Shown here: piece by piece, positions 46,363-57,957 of the stretch
Position numbering within the stretch: the stretch's first letter is position 1
Layout of the letters: each line of letters starts with the position of its first letter
DNA from: Fistulifera solaris
Lineage: Eukaryota
NCBI GenBank assembly: GCA_030295235.1
Contig: AP026132.1
Span: forward strand, 1,178,001-1,242,000
DNA length: 64,000 nt
Direction: 5' to 3'
The notes under the pieces: generated by a model
Told to the model about the DNA's origin: nothing
Database searches by the model: none
The model's input: only the letters and a program-made list of their open reading frames with translations
Translations under genes and position numbers: made by a program

Positions 46363-49230
46363 ATGAGATCAAGGTCATCCGCGTGCTTCACTGTTCTTCT
46401 TTCATTGTGTGCATTCTTACGGAGCGTCGCTGTGAGCGCTAAAAGACAGTGCAATCATTGCATCACCTCCAAGGAATGTCAAAGTGCTGAACAAAAGCTC
46501 TTTGATTCCTGTCGAACTGTAGTCGTTAATGAAGAAGAATGTCGACAATTAGCAGTTACATCCGTTCATGTTGGTGGATTCCGTACTACAAGTACAACAA
46601 AAAAAAGCATCGAATGTGTACTGTCACTTTTTACAGACTATGAAAGCATCGATGAAGTCGATTCTGTTTGCCGTGCAATCTTGGGATCTCGTCCCTTTGT
46701 AGGAGACGCTATAGGAACCGCATCGGGCTATCCGCATTTCTACTCCACAGCATCAGACGATGTAACGCGTTTTCAACTTCAAAAGCCGCAATCTTCTTGC
46801 TGTTACTCGTGCGATCCTTTGTTGTTTCAAACAGGGAACCATCTTTCATTTGTTGACAATCATCTCGAGACAAATGTACAATCGAAACGTCAATTGCAGG
46901 CACAGTGCAACAATGATCCCAGCGCAGAATGGTCTGTTTCTGCTCAAGTCAATCAACGGCGAGCCTGCAATCACATTTCGTTGATTCGAGATGTCCCATT
47001 GTATTGCCCTCAAATCAATACCATCACGGGAGATCAGTACATTTACGAAACATGCCCCATTCAATGTGCAGCGTATTCGGGTTGTCCATTGGATTGTGTC
47101 ACGGCGGATTCGCAAGTACGATTGCCGGGTGGCACCACGTGCGGTACCGTCGCTGTGAATAGTGCTCGCTGCGATGATATTGCGGATGGCCTTTTCTTCA
47201 TCTATGTGTGGCAAATTTGTCCGATGCAGTGTCCGATTCGAGCCGGATGTACGACTTCGGAACCCACAGCAAGTCCTGTATTCGGGACAGTTCCTACCGT
47301 CACACCGACGTTTTCGTTGCCCACCGAATCACCGTTTGTTGCACCCTTTTCGGCGCCCACGGAATCACCCACTGATGCACCTGTTCCAGCGCCGACAGCA
47401 TCACCGACAGATGCACCGATTCCAGCGCCGACACGTGCTCCCAATCCAGCGCCGACAGCGTCACCAACAGATGCACCGTTGCAAGTACCAGTCCCCGTGC
47501 CGGTGACTGTACCGACTCCTATTCCAGTTTTTGTCCCCGTAGGGGGTCCCTGTGCAAGCGCCTGTCCCTATTCCGGTCCCTGTGCCAGCGCCCGTACCCA
47601 TACCAACCTCGGCTCCGGTGACGACTCCAGTCTCCGTTCCTGCACCACTTCCTGTGCCCGTTCCTGTGCCGATGCCCATTTCCGTACCAGTACCGGCACC
47701 AGCGCCCTTGCCAGTGTCAAGCCCAGCTCCTCTACCTGCACCGGTTCCGCTGCCCGTCAACTCACCCAATGTTGTACCTGTTGAAGCACCGGTTCCTGTT
47801 CCTGTACCCGCACCGGTTCCGCTTCCCGTTAATCCGCCGATTATTGTTTCTATGCCCGCACCGGTGCCAAATCCAGTTCCAGTGGACGCGCCTTTATCCG
47901 TTCCGGTTAACCAGCCGGTTGCTCTACCGGTTGATACGTCGATCCCCGTACCTGTCAGCCAGCCGGTCGCTCTGCCGGTACTGGTACCCGTTCCGGTGGA
48001 CTCTCCCGTATCTGTTCCACTCAACTCCCCGCTACCTGTGCCCGTCGATCCGCCCGTCGCTGTAGCGGTACCGACAGACCCTATTCCTGTTAGTCAGCCA
48101 GTATTCGTGCCAGTCGACTCTGCTGTCCCCGTTCCACTCAATCCCCCGGTACCGATGCCCGTCAACCCGCCGGTCGCTGTAGCGGTGCCTACGGCCCCTA
48201 ATCCAGTCAATCAACCAGTATTTGCGCCAGTCGACACTCCCGTTGTTGTTCCGGCCAACCAGCCCATTCCTGTGCCTGTCGACACACCAATAGTTGTGCC
48301 AATCAGTCAGCCGATTCCTTTCCCGGTAGCTGCTCCACTCCCTTTGTCAACAGAACCGCCTATCACCTTTGATCAAACGACGAGTGAAACACCATTCGCC
48401 TCATCGCCATCCGGCAATGTGGTTGATCCAACACCGGCCGGGGTATCCGAGGTAGAAGTGCCAGTCGTTGTCAACGGCGACTTTTGAGTGTCCGTTTACG
48501 GCCTTCAGGAAACCTTGCCAACTTGACCAAGCTCACAAACGAGATGGTCTTTGTCGAGCTCACTTTGACGCCCGCGGAAGAACTGAACGAAGAAGAGATC
48601 CAAGTGGTGCTTAATGTGTTGAAGGAAGAGTTTGACGGTTATCTCAAAGGCGAGGCTGAAACACAACGGCATTTGACTGAACGAAGATTAGCGCGTCGAC
48701 GTGATGCCAGAGATCTCAAGACCGAGTTTGTATTTGTCCGACAGGATATGGTAAAAAATGAGGATGGAACATTATCCAGCATTCTGGTGTACAATCAAAC
48801 GCTGTCCTTTTCGGAGAAGGTCAAGCCTATTGATTTGTTATCATTAGAAGATCCAACGGAAAGTCCTGTAGACGACAATGATCCTCGACCTAATTTCGAT
48901 GGCTTAAGTGCCGAACAGATAGCTGTCATGCCGTTTACTGATTATGAAGCGAACGTGAAAATGGCGCAAAGGCTGAAAGACGAAGCGGATTCGCTAAACC
49001 AACTCAAAGTCCCTCTCCCTGTACCCACCGTCAGTCAAGAGGAAGAAAACTCGGAGTTATTATCGGTTGGGGATGTTTATTCTGGTGATGTGATTTCCGA
49101 GGGTGCCATTGCCGGCATCTTTTTATGTTGCGCTCTACTCTTTTCGCTGTTCGGCTCTTATGGGGTGTATAGATTGAACCAAGAAGTAACGGAGAGAAGA
49201 GGCGGAAGTTCGTCAAGAAGCTCGCGATGA
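46363..49230 (+). CDS. Type I membrane/cell-surface protein: signal peptide, RXL, two Cys-rich repeats, Pro/Thr/Val-rich stalk, C-terminal TM helix
   Basis: Three ORFs are joined by frameshifts at ~47545 and ~48485. Features: [16 protein letters not shown] and [17 protein letters not shown] and PVPVP repeats; RHL, RRL and [27 protein letters not shown]. Confidence 0.75.
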
Positions 49231-49322
49231 GATTGTTAAAGAAAGCTACCTCAAAATGATTTCCATAAGTTACGAATGAAGATGAGTACAGTGAAAACAA
49301 GAGGACCATTCTTTACGATACG

Positions 49323-50440
49323 TTACAATATTTGCGCTCCCACTTTGGCAACACCTTCTGCTTTCATAAATTCTTCTCGTAATGTGTAAATATATTGCAT
49401 CATTTTGATTTCAATCGGTGTCATTGTGATAGTATTGAAAAAATCGACATGAAGCACGACGCGTTCTTGTGTTTCGTGCGCATTGAATGTTTCGTGTCGA
49501 TAGGTAGTATCATACAACAAACATTTGCCTTTCTCATAATACCGCTTCTGATCGGCTACTTGAATCCATGCCGATTCCGGTGCCAATTCAATGCCCATTT
49601 GTGCAGTCAGCCACATGTTGTTGCCATCCGTATGATTCGGAATGCCCGAGTTGGGTTGCTGTCGATTGAACCCCGCAATGCGCCCGGCCAAGGGTACCGT
49701 TTCCAACAATCGTGTAGTCGTGGGGCATAAATGATAGGGAAAGTTGGGTATGCGATGACCGTTGTAAAACAAGACGAGTGTTTTCCATCCGCTTTCGTAA
49801 TTCATACTCGTCACCGATTGAAAACGATCGGCACTGTCTTCCAGCAGAGCGTGATATTCTTGCACAATCGTATCGTAGTGTTTCGTCAACTGTTGACACA
49901 ATGCCACTTGCGAAGGCTCATAAAAGGGCTGACCGGGTCCTAATCCGGGCATGTACGCATGTAATTGATGGACGGGTCGAAACGGATCCAACGGTTCTTC
50001 CAGTTTGGGCAAATCGGGGTTGACTGCGTGTCGCAAGAAACCAGCAATTCGGACCAACTCCTTGTCATTCACAGAAAACTTTGATTTCAATAAAGAAGGA
50101 ATGAGTTGCCAGAACGGATCGTCCGTTCCTTGTACTGCTTGTCCTAAAATCGATTGATTGGCTTGTTCTTGCAACTCGGCTAACCAGGCATCGGTTTCCG
50201 ATTTCACGTACGGTTTGTTGGTAGAAGGTGCTTTCTTCTTTTTATTCTTTTCATTTCTTTGCTTTTCCTTTTTGGGTGTTTGATTGGCTTTCGGTGCACC
50301 GAAACCTTTCCCCGAAGATGCTTTGAGTAAAGAAAGGTTCAGTCGTCTCGAATGATTCTTCGACGACAAAACCGAAAAGGCTCCTGTATTGCTGTTACAA
50401 AGCAGTAAAAGGCGCAAAACGCTGTCACGAGCGTTGACAT
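49323..50440 (-). CDS. Aspartyl/asparaginyl beta-hydroxylase-like 2OG-Fe(II) oxygenase, probably plastid-targeted
   Basis: Motifs GWKTLVLF, CPTTTRLL, IPNHTDG (HxD), LLYDTTYRHE and RVVLHVDF. Probable start ATG 50440 with an indel near 50415. Presequence TGA-FS. Confidence 0.82.
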
Positions 50441-51022
50441 GAAGAAGAGTTATATTTTTTAAAGGGAAGAAAGATTGAAAGTTACAATAAGAGATGCAAT
50501 AACAACATCATTTATTTTCAATGAATAAAAATCGGTCGATGAAGTTTATTGTTCGGACGCAAGACAGACCATAAAGTAGCCACTATATGATAAAGTGTAT
50601 ATTACTTTTTCTGTGACTCAAGTCAACTTCAGTCCCGGAACCTTTTGTCGACAGTTTCATTCAAATGAAAAACAGTGACCAAGGTAAATAACCTGCCTCT
50701 AACCGACAAGATGATAGATTGAATAACATAAAAGGATACATATTCTTGATTCATCGGTTGCGCACTGCCAAAAATTAGAAGTTACATCCTTTTTCCCATC
50801 ACAGGCGTCTTCCATCTTGTCTTCTCGTTTCGTTGTATTCCGGCAAGCGAATGATTACCGATACAAAGTTCACTTTTCACAAGTCATTATTGTTTTTCAT
50901 TTAGCTATAATTTAAGCATGTTAAGTACCGCATATAGTCTAGGTGCTAGCCTTTAAAAGGACTAGCTCGACTCGGCAACCCTGAAGTCCTCAGTAATCGC
51001 CTTTGTTCCATCGACTAAAAGC

Positions 51023-51851
51023 TCACGCATAAGCATCTGGATTATCGGGAATATCTGGCATATCTTGTAGCTGATACAGCAATCGAATGGCGGGACTATC
51101 CCGTTGGAGACTCGCTACTTCAAACTGCGTTTGGAGACCTAACCATTCAAAGGCCGCAGCACTTGTGTGGCACAAAACTCATCCAAATCTTGCAAGGAAA
51201 CGTGCGGTACAAGAATCAGGGAACCTGTGTGTACCACATTTTGAGTTTTGAGTTCATAGATTTCACTCCAACAAGTGGCAAATAAATCCGTCGACGGCGA
51301 GGCAACATGAAAACGTTGAATGGCCATCAATCGTCGACCTTCCTCCATGAAATGCAAGTCATTGTCGTCGTCTTTTCCACCTGGACTGTTCGTTATGGGA
51401 ATATCCAGTAGCGATTGATGCATACTGTCCAAAAGGCACTCAAGAAGGACATGTCCTTTTCTTCGGACGGCTTGTCGGGCAGGGCGGTATGAACATGTTG
51501 TTCGCTAACATCGCCTCGATTTCTCAATGCATCTACTGCCAAACAAGTTCCCATAGATAATTCACGGAACATGGGTATCCAGCGGCTCTTATTATCGAAA
51601 AAGTCCATCATGGTCACGTCACTGATATCGGGGAGTGGTGAATTGCTCATACTGTTAACATTCTTTCCATACGTTTTTGCCGGAGCGGGACGCGGAGTAG
51701 GTTCCTGTTTTCCGAATCCCTTTCCGCTCGCGAAAAGGCATGTTTGTTGTCGTTTGTGATGAGACAGAGATGAAAAGACAAATGCAAAGGAAGGCAGAGC
51801 GTTGATCAAAACGCATAAAGGAAAAACGTGATGAGAAAAATGATATCGCAT
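51023..51851 (-). CDS. Hypothetical plastid-targeted protein; two frameshifts
   Basis: Signal peptide ending SFA-FVF and GKGFG motif. ORFs 51393-51881 and 51139-51432 join at the T run near 51432. A further shift near 51148 extends to the TGA at 51023. Confidence 0.6.
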
Positions 51852-52876
51852 CTGGACCAAGAACGAAAAGCAATGAATCAAAAGAATGACGACTGATGTA
51901 CAAAAAGATTGTAATAGTCATGAATGACGGAGAATCTTTTGTATGAAGGATAACAAAAGATCCTTGTTATTGTTCTGCAATGAATATAAGCGCTAACGTC
52001 GTCGTTTTCACTTTTCACATCACGGCGAACAAGAGAAAAATCACATTTCCAGAAAATCTGTAAGATCGGTGTTTTCAATTATTGTCCAGAAAATCTGGAA
52101 ATATGACTCATGACTGAAATGCAGTAGTAAATACGAAAAAAACGTTTTGCAAGGCTATTCGACGTAAAATACAATGAAGTATAATGATAATGACTATTTC
52201 ATTGCAATAACGATAATTGGAACTTAAAGTGCGCTGAACGAACGACTTGTTGATAGCATGTCTTCGAAAGCAAAATGATTTCATGACTGAAGTGCAGTCG
52301 TGGTGTTCTATAGTACATATGGCAATAACAACGTTTCGCAAAGCTCTTCGACACAAATAATTTGATGACGTGTGAGAAAAACGTTTCTAAAGACTATTTT
52401 TCGCAACAGGACGAACGAAGCTCTAAATATTTATATACTCCGGAGTATTTTTGTAACCAAATAATGATTGCTGAACGAACGATTTGTAGGCAGCATTGTC
52501 GCTCGCACGAAAATTAATTCATGACTGAATTGCAGTCGTGTACAAGGAGAGCTACACTTTCGACTATAGTAGTTACCATTGTCATTATTTTGAAGTAGAC
52601 GGAAATTCTGACTGATTGGGTCAGAACGTCTCGCATTATTTGTTTCCTCATGCTGTAATTTATTCAACCAAAGCTTTTACATTTTAAAAATAATATGATA
52701 TTAGTGATCTTCTCACAGATCCAGTGTCGGTATCCCACTTGAAGTGACACCTTGCGTTTACTCGAGAGTTTACTTCTCTGCAGCTTGTCATGTTACTCTG
52801 TCCACAAACCTTTCCCAAAGCAAAATGATTCAAGTACCCCTGTTTGTGTGATCATTCTCAAATGCGTATCGATTTT

Positions 52877-54392
52877 TCATGCGGTAAAAGACATGGCTTC
52901 TTCGCTAGTGGCTTCCGTTACTCGAAATGCGACCATTTTACCCCATCCCATTTCGCCCAAAGAACGAGTTTTATGCTCTTCTTCCCACTTAAATGTTTGT
53001 TTGCCATTCAATGTGGTCAAGACTACTTTTTCTCGTTCTTGTTGGGCCACGACATCCACCCAGTTGAATACCGTTTCTAAAGTAGCTGTTTCTGGATCAA
53101 ATTGACGTTGATGACTTGTGCCATCCGCGAACCGCACGGCAAGTGTCATAGAGCCAACAGCCGGATCCGGAAGAGTGGCGCTAAACTCCGCACGCCGTTG
53201 CTTTATAGCTTCCGCGTGTGCCGCTGCGGCTTGAGCGCGAGCTTCCTCTTCCTCTTTTGTGCTTGCTCATCAATTTGTCGTTGCCGTTCTTGCACGATAC
53301 TGGTCCGATATCCTTCCACTCGTTCTTGGGCAATTTGCAGTTCCTTTTGAGCGTGCTGCATCTTTTGATATAGGTTCTTGTGTCGTTTCCGAATGGTGTT
53401 GAGCCACGATGCCATAGTGGTCGCATTCGGGGGAGGATTGCAATGATGTTGTGAGAGTACCTGACAGGACGCGGTTGTGGAAGCTTGCTTGGATGTGGCA
53501 ACCAATAATACAGGGCGCTTCGGATTGGGCTCTAGATTCAGGCGCTTCGCGGCGACAACAGCTTCGGGCGATTTGGCCTTGGCGCTCCACAGCAAAAACG
53601 ACGGAGTTGGAATGCTTTTATGAGCAGGCTTTTCCGCCATTTTGGCCACTTCCACCGATAAGAATGATTCAATCGCAGTCTTGTCAGCTGCTGTCTGACG
53701 ATCAGGACGATTGGAAGGTATTAAAACAAGCAATAGCCGTGATTGCGATCGTGCTAGTTGCAAGGCATCTTGAATGGAACCCCCTCTATCGCTGGGTATC
53801 CTTTCTCGTCGGATGCGGTTTCGTGGTCGTTCCGGGTAGCTTTGACTTTGTATGCAGTGGCCAAGTAGTTTGCAAAATCCCGTCGATCATTGCTACTTGC
53901 GGTTGATATGTCTCCATCATCGCCATTTTTTTCTCCCGCTGACGATGATAGCAACGAATGTAAAAAATTCGTCAATCGCTGTGTGATCTTTCCTACAATT
54001 GTGACACCTTCATCGCCGCTCCCTGGAGAAAATGCCACAGAAAACGCCCTTACTGCTGCTTTGAGAAATCCCAACGCTGTCCTTCCAGTCGCTTCAATTG
54101 CCATTGCAACGAAAGTAGTATCCTTGTCATCCTCGCTTTCGTCGTCATTTTCATCAGCAGCTTCCGACACTTCCTCGTCCTCAACCATTTCGTCCTCTTC
54201 TTCTTCTTCCTCCTCGTTTTCCTCTTCGTTCAAAGTTGCACCGCCCCGTTGAATATCTTTCCATCGGCGTGTATTATCTCTTGTGTTGAAATGAGAAGGC
54301 AGAGAGAGTGACGACTGTCGTGTTGTACGAGACAGCGGATGCACAAAACAGCATTGCAGCCAGAGAACGATAAATGTTGCGAGTCCATGCAT
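52877..54392 (-). CDS. Signal-peptide-bearing UAS/UBX-domain protein (Cdc48 cofactor-like)
   Basis: Signal peptide, QRGG and acidic tract. UAS-like segment (A RSQSRLLLVLI), coiled coil, then UBX LAVRFADG..HQRQF...TLETVFNWV. Frameshifts at ~53765 and ~53200. Confidence 0.75.
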
Positions 54393-54755
54393 TGTTAGTA
54401 CTCTTTGTCTCCAATCAATGCTTGTGAATTGTAAGGTAGGGAGGAATAATAATTGTAGTCAAAGCAAAGAGAAGTGATGATCGAGAATGCAAATGATAGC
54501 ATCCGTATCTCTTATTACCTGGTATTATACTCCGTATTATTTCCAATTGAAGCAAATGGCGATCAACGATAACGATAAGGTTCATCCACTGTACGACGTA
54601 CCGTCGTACTAAGGATACGACACTAGGGCTAGAGCTAGAGAGAGACAAATAGAACAAACGTACAAAACAACTACTTTCGTCACAAGAAAGAAACGTCAAA
54701 TTAAGAGTTATACGATGTGATTGTGTTACAAGGACCAAGCGCGAGTCCCAACACT

Positions 54756-55934
54756 TTAAGCGGCGGCAGCGGTCGCCTTTTCACTCTTCTTGGCAATGGC
54801 GGCCTTCTTCTCGTAGAGGGATCGGATGGCGAACGCGGCCAAGGTTTGCATCAAACCAGTACCGTTGTTGGATCCGGGGGCATCGGCCAAGGCCAACATG
54901 GCTTGCGTCAATTCTCCGTAGAACTTGGTGTTGGTGTTGGAAAGAGCCGATTCAACGTAGACCAATTCTTGAATGTTATCAAAGTTTCCGTCCATCTCCA
55001 AGACTTGCACATCCGAGCCAAAGTAGTCATCAGGGTACGAAGCAAGCTTGATTCCGGGAGCCGGGGAAGAAAGCTTTCCGGGAGCCGGAGTCCATTCAAT
55101 CTTGGAGCCTTCATCAAAGAGGTAGCAGGGAGCAAAGTTCTCGACGCCGAGCTTTTGAATGCATCGAACGCGAAGAGTTTTCTTGTCTTCCTTGTCCAAT
55201 TCGGTGGGGAGGACTTCAACAATCAAGTCGGCATCCTTCTTCTGGGGGTCAATGTAAGCATCAAAGTCGGGTTTGCGTGCTTCAATGGAGGCAAGGATGG
55301 ACTCCAAAGAATGACCACGCTCTTCCATGTCACGCTGGATCTTCCAGTTGAGCTTGACATCGGGAGAGATGTCAAGGTAAAGAGTAAAGTCGAGCAAGTC
55401 TCGTACACGTTCGTCGTGCATGGGGTGAAGACCTTCAAAGATGATGATCGGAGTGGGTTCGACGGTTTCGGGTGTGTCGAGGGTTCCGTTGACGTGGTTG
55501 TAGATGGGCTTGGAAATAGTCTTTCCTTCCTTGAGTGCCTTGACTTGTTCGTACATGAGATCAAAGTTGTTCTCCAAGGGGTCCAAAGCAGTGCGCTTGG
55601 TGACTTTACGTCCTTCACGGTCGTTCAAGTGATAATCATCGAGGCAGATGACTGTCGTCAAATCAGACACCAGAGTGTTGGTTTCCCAGCCTCCTTCTTT
55701 GCCGAAACCACCTCCCAAAGGACCAACAACATCTCCTCCGAAGATACTGGTCAGACGACGCATGAAAGTAGACTTTCCGCAACCCGAATCGGCGGCAACA
55801 CCGATAACAATGGGCGTTTGACCCGGTTTAAGAGCATCCAACTGACTATCACCACGAAGATGAGCCGGTCGGAAAGCGACGGGAGAGAAAGCAGCAGCCG
55901 AAGCGATTAAAGAGGAAACAACAAGGAATTTCAT
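54756..55934 (-). CDS. PRK: Phosphoribulokinase, plastid-targeted
   Basis: Intact ORF. Presequence MKFLVVSSLIASAAA-FSP. Motifs IGVAADSGCGKSTFMRR, VICLDDYH, EGLHP, KIQRDMEERGH and GSNNGTGL. Confidence 0.97.
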   Translation of the reverse strand: MKFLVVSSLIASAAAFSPVAFRPAHLRGDSQLDALKPGQTPIVIGVAADSGCGKSTFMRRLTSIFGGDVVGPLGGGFGKEGGWETNTLVSDLTTVICLDDYHLNDREGRKVTKRTALDPLENNFDLMYEQVKALKEGKTISKPIYNHVNGTLDTPETVEPTPIIIFEGLHPMHDERVRDLLDFTLYLDISPDVKLNWKIQRDMEERGHSLESILASIEARKPDFDAYIDPQKKDADLIVEVLPTELDKEDKKTLRVRCIQKLGVENFAPCYLFDEGSKIEWTPAPGKLSSPAPGIKLASYPDDYFGSDVQVLEMDGNFDNIQELVYVESALSNTNTKFYGELTQAMLALADAPGSNNGTGLMQTLAAFAIRSLYEKKAAIAKKSEKATAAAA

Positions 55935-56409
55935 GGTTACAAAGAGGCTAACAACAGTATTATGAGAAAGATGTTTGTGTTTGCCGTTGTTGTCGTCTTT
56001 CATTCTCCCAAAAAGAGAGGGAGAGAAAACCAGGCGACGTGAGCATCTTTGTGAGGCGCAAGTACGTACCCCCCAGACTACTCTTTGTTTCACTCTCTAT
56101 TCAGCCAATTACTGACGTTGGTAGGTTAAAACCTACATAAATAGAGATACTAGTCACCAGAGCGGTACTCAAGGGGTCCGTGTCTCCAAAAACCGTTCGC
56201 CACGTAGTCCTCTTTTCGCCGTGGCTTTTGTGGCCACGAAGATTTTGGCGCGCAAAAGAGCCAGATGGTTCGAGTGTGGTTCTAGTTGTACAAAGTGGCC
56301 ACATGTTTCGCACGTGTGTCCCAGACACGGACATGCAACAAATCATTCTTATCACAAACTAGGACGAGAATTGGAACTATTCTAGTGTCTCCCCAAATCG
56401 CGCTCTCCT

Positions 56410-57547
56410 TCATTCCAGCGACAGATCGAATACAACTTTACTGCGAATAGGACCCGTTTGTGCTTTCTCCCAACGCAGAGCTTCAGTCCAATCGCGCAAC
56501 GCAAAGACTTGCACCGGAGGGAGTTGAATTCGAGGCGAGGAGTCGTAATAGTCACGAACCAATTGTTTCACAAATGCGACACGCGACTCATAGGATTGCT
56601 GCCACATCCATTGGCTGTGCCAATAGCCTTTTAATTGCACATTGCGAAAAATTAAGTCACTTGTGGCTACAGAAACCGGTTGTTGCGACATGCCCCCGTA
56701 CGTCACATGCCAGCCATTGGGTTGCAACAATTGCAGCAACAGTTGCGACGAAGGTCCACCGACCGTATTGAAAGCTGTCTGAAAGTTCCATTCCTCACGG
56801 AGGGCACGTACTTTGTTGCGGTCATGAATATATTCGTCTTCGAACAGAATCTTGGCATGACATGTCGATGTAATATAGTCGTGTAGAAAGTCCATTTCGA
56901 GCTGATTGCTTCGTTGTCGCACAAACGATACGATGGGTGCTTGTGTCATTTGTGCGAGTACCGTCGCGGCCGCTGAATTGCCGGCATTCTGAACAATGGA
57001 TCCGTTCGTATTTCCTTGCTTCAACAGATTGTAAGCAGTTCCCACCAACTGAAAGAAAATGGCGTCATGCGGGCAGATAGTATGCTGTTGAGAATGTGGC
57101 TGCTTGGGAAAGACGGGAAGGACGTATTCGAAAGGTAATGAAACATGGGAACGAAACGTTCCGATTCCTCCAATAGTGATGACCGTATCTCCTACTTTTA
57201 CTTTTTTTGTTGCTGCTGTCATCATTCTCTAGCTCCGACACATGAACAACGACTCCTATTCCCTCTGCTCCAGCTACATTACGTTGTGTCACGGACGATT
57301 TTCGCCACGAAGGAGACGCCAAGGAAGGATATTTGCCTTGCACTTGATTGATATCGGCCGGATTCCAGGCCGCGTATTTCATTTCCACGGTCACATGATT
57401 CCTGTTTTCCAGTTGACTTGGTTGCTCCTCATGATATTGTAAGACTTGAAGAGGATCACCATGTTGCGCAAAGCTTAATTCATGATAGAAGCGTCGTTTT
57501 CCGACGATTGAGGTCGAATAAAAGAGTTTGTTTCTTTTCCGTAGCAT
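56410..57547 (-). CDS. MECR: Mitochondrial trans-2-enoyl-CoA reductase (MECR/ETR1-like); frameshifted
   Basis: Motifs HGDPLQVL, NPADINQVQGKY, AGAEGIGVV, TAYNLL, IVQNAGNSA, FNTVGG, HVTYGGMS and LIFRNVQLKGYW. Confidence 0.85.
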
Positions 57548-57730
57548 GATGCGTTTGTGATTTTGAGTTAGCAACAACTATTTCTTTGTTATCAAGATGC
57601 AACCCTTTGTCAAGCGAAAACATCAATTATCTTCTTTCACATTCTCATTATTATTTCGTTACCATCTTGTCGAAAATCGATGTCAAAGCGGATCGATCGA
57701 CGAAAAAAAATTGCATATGTCCTGTAAATG

Positions 57731-57860
57731 TTTTCACGTTTCCAGAAAATATGGGGGTCTGGTTGTTTCACGTGTCCAGAAAATGTGGGCGGCTGTATTT
57801 TCCACGTGTCCAGAAAATATGGGCGGCTATTGTGGATTTTTCACGTCTCCAGAAAAATGC
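57731..57860. repeat. Four ~34-39-bp copies of TTTCACGT.TCCAGAAAAT.TGGG
   Basis: CACGT at 57735, 57769, 57803 and 57842, each followed by TCCAGAAAA. Confidence 0.85.
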
Positions 57861-57957
57861 AGAGCATTTGCAGAATCAAGAACACTCCTACTACGTTTTA
57901 TTATCTGTGAAATACATTACAGCAGTTATTGCTAAACTTTTATTTCTCTTATATCAA

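Noticed and set aside
47461..48024. Gly/Thr-rich minus-strand ORF (TGTGAG repeats)
   Set aside because: It is the antisense mirror of the Pro/Val-rich stalk encoded on the plus strand.
50295..51735. Shared ASGKGFG motif in two adjacent minus-strand genes suggesting paralogy
   Set aside because: The similarity is limited to this short motif, which is common just after plastid transit peptides. The rest of the proteins are unrelated.
54717..55910. 397-aa antisense ORF over PRK
   Set aside because: Explained by the strong codon bias of a highly expressed gene leaving few stops on the opposite strand. It has no protein-like motifs.
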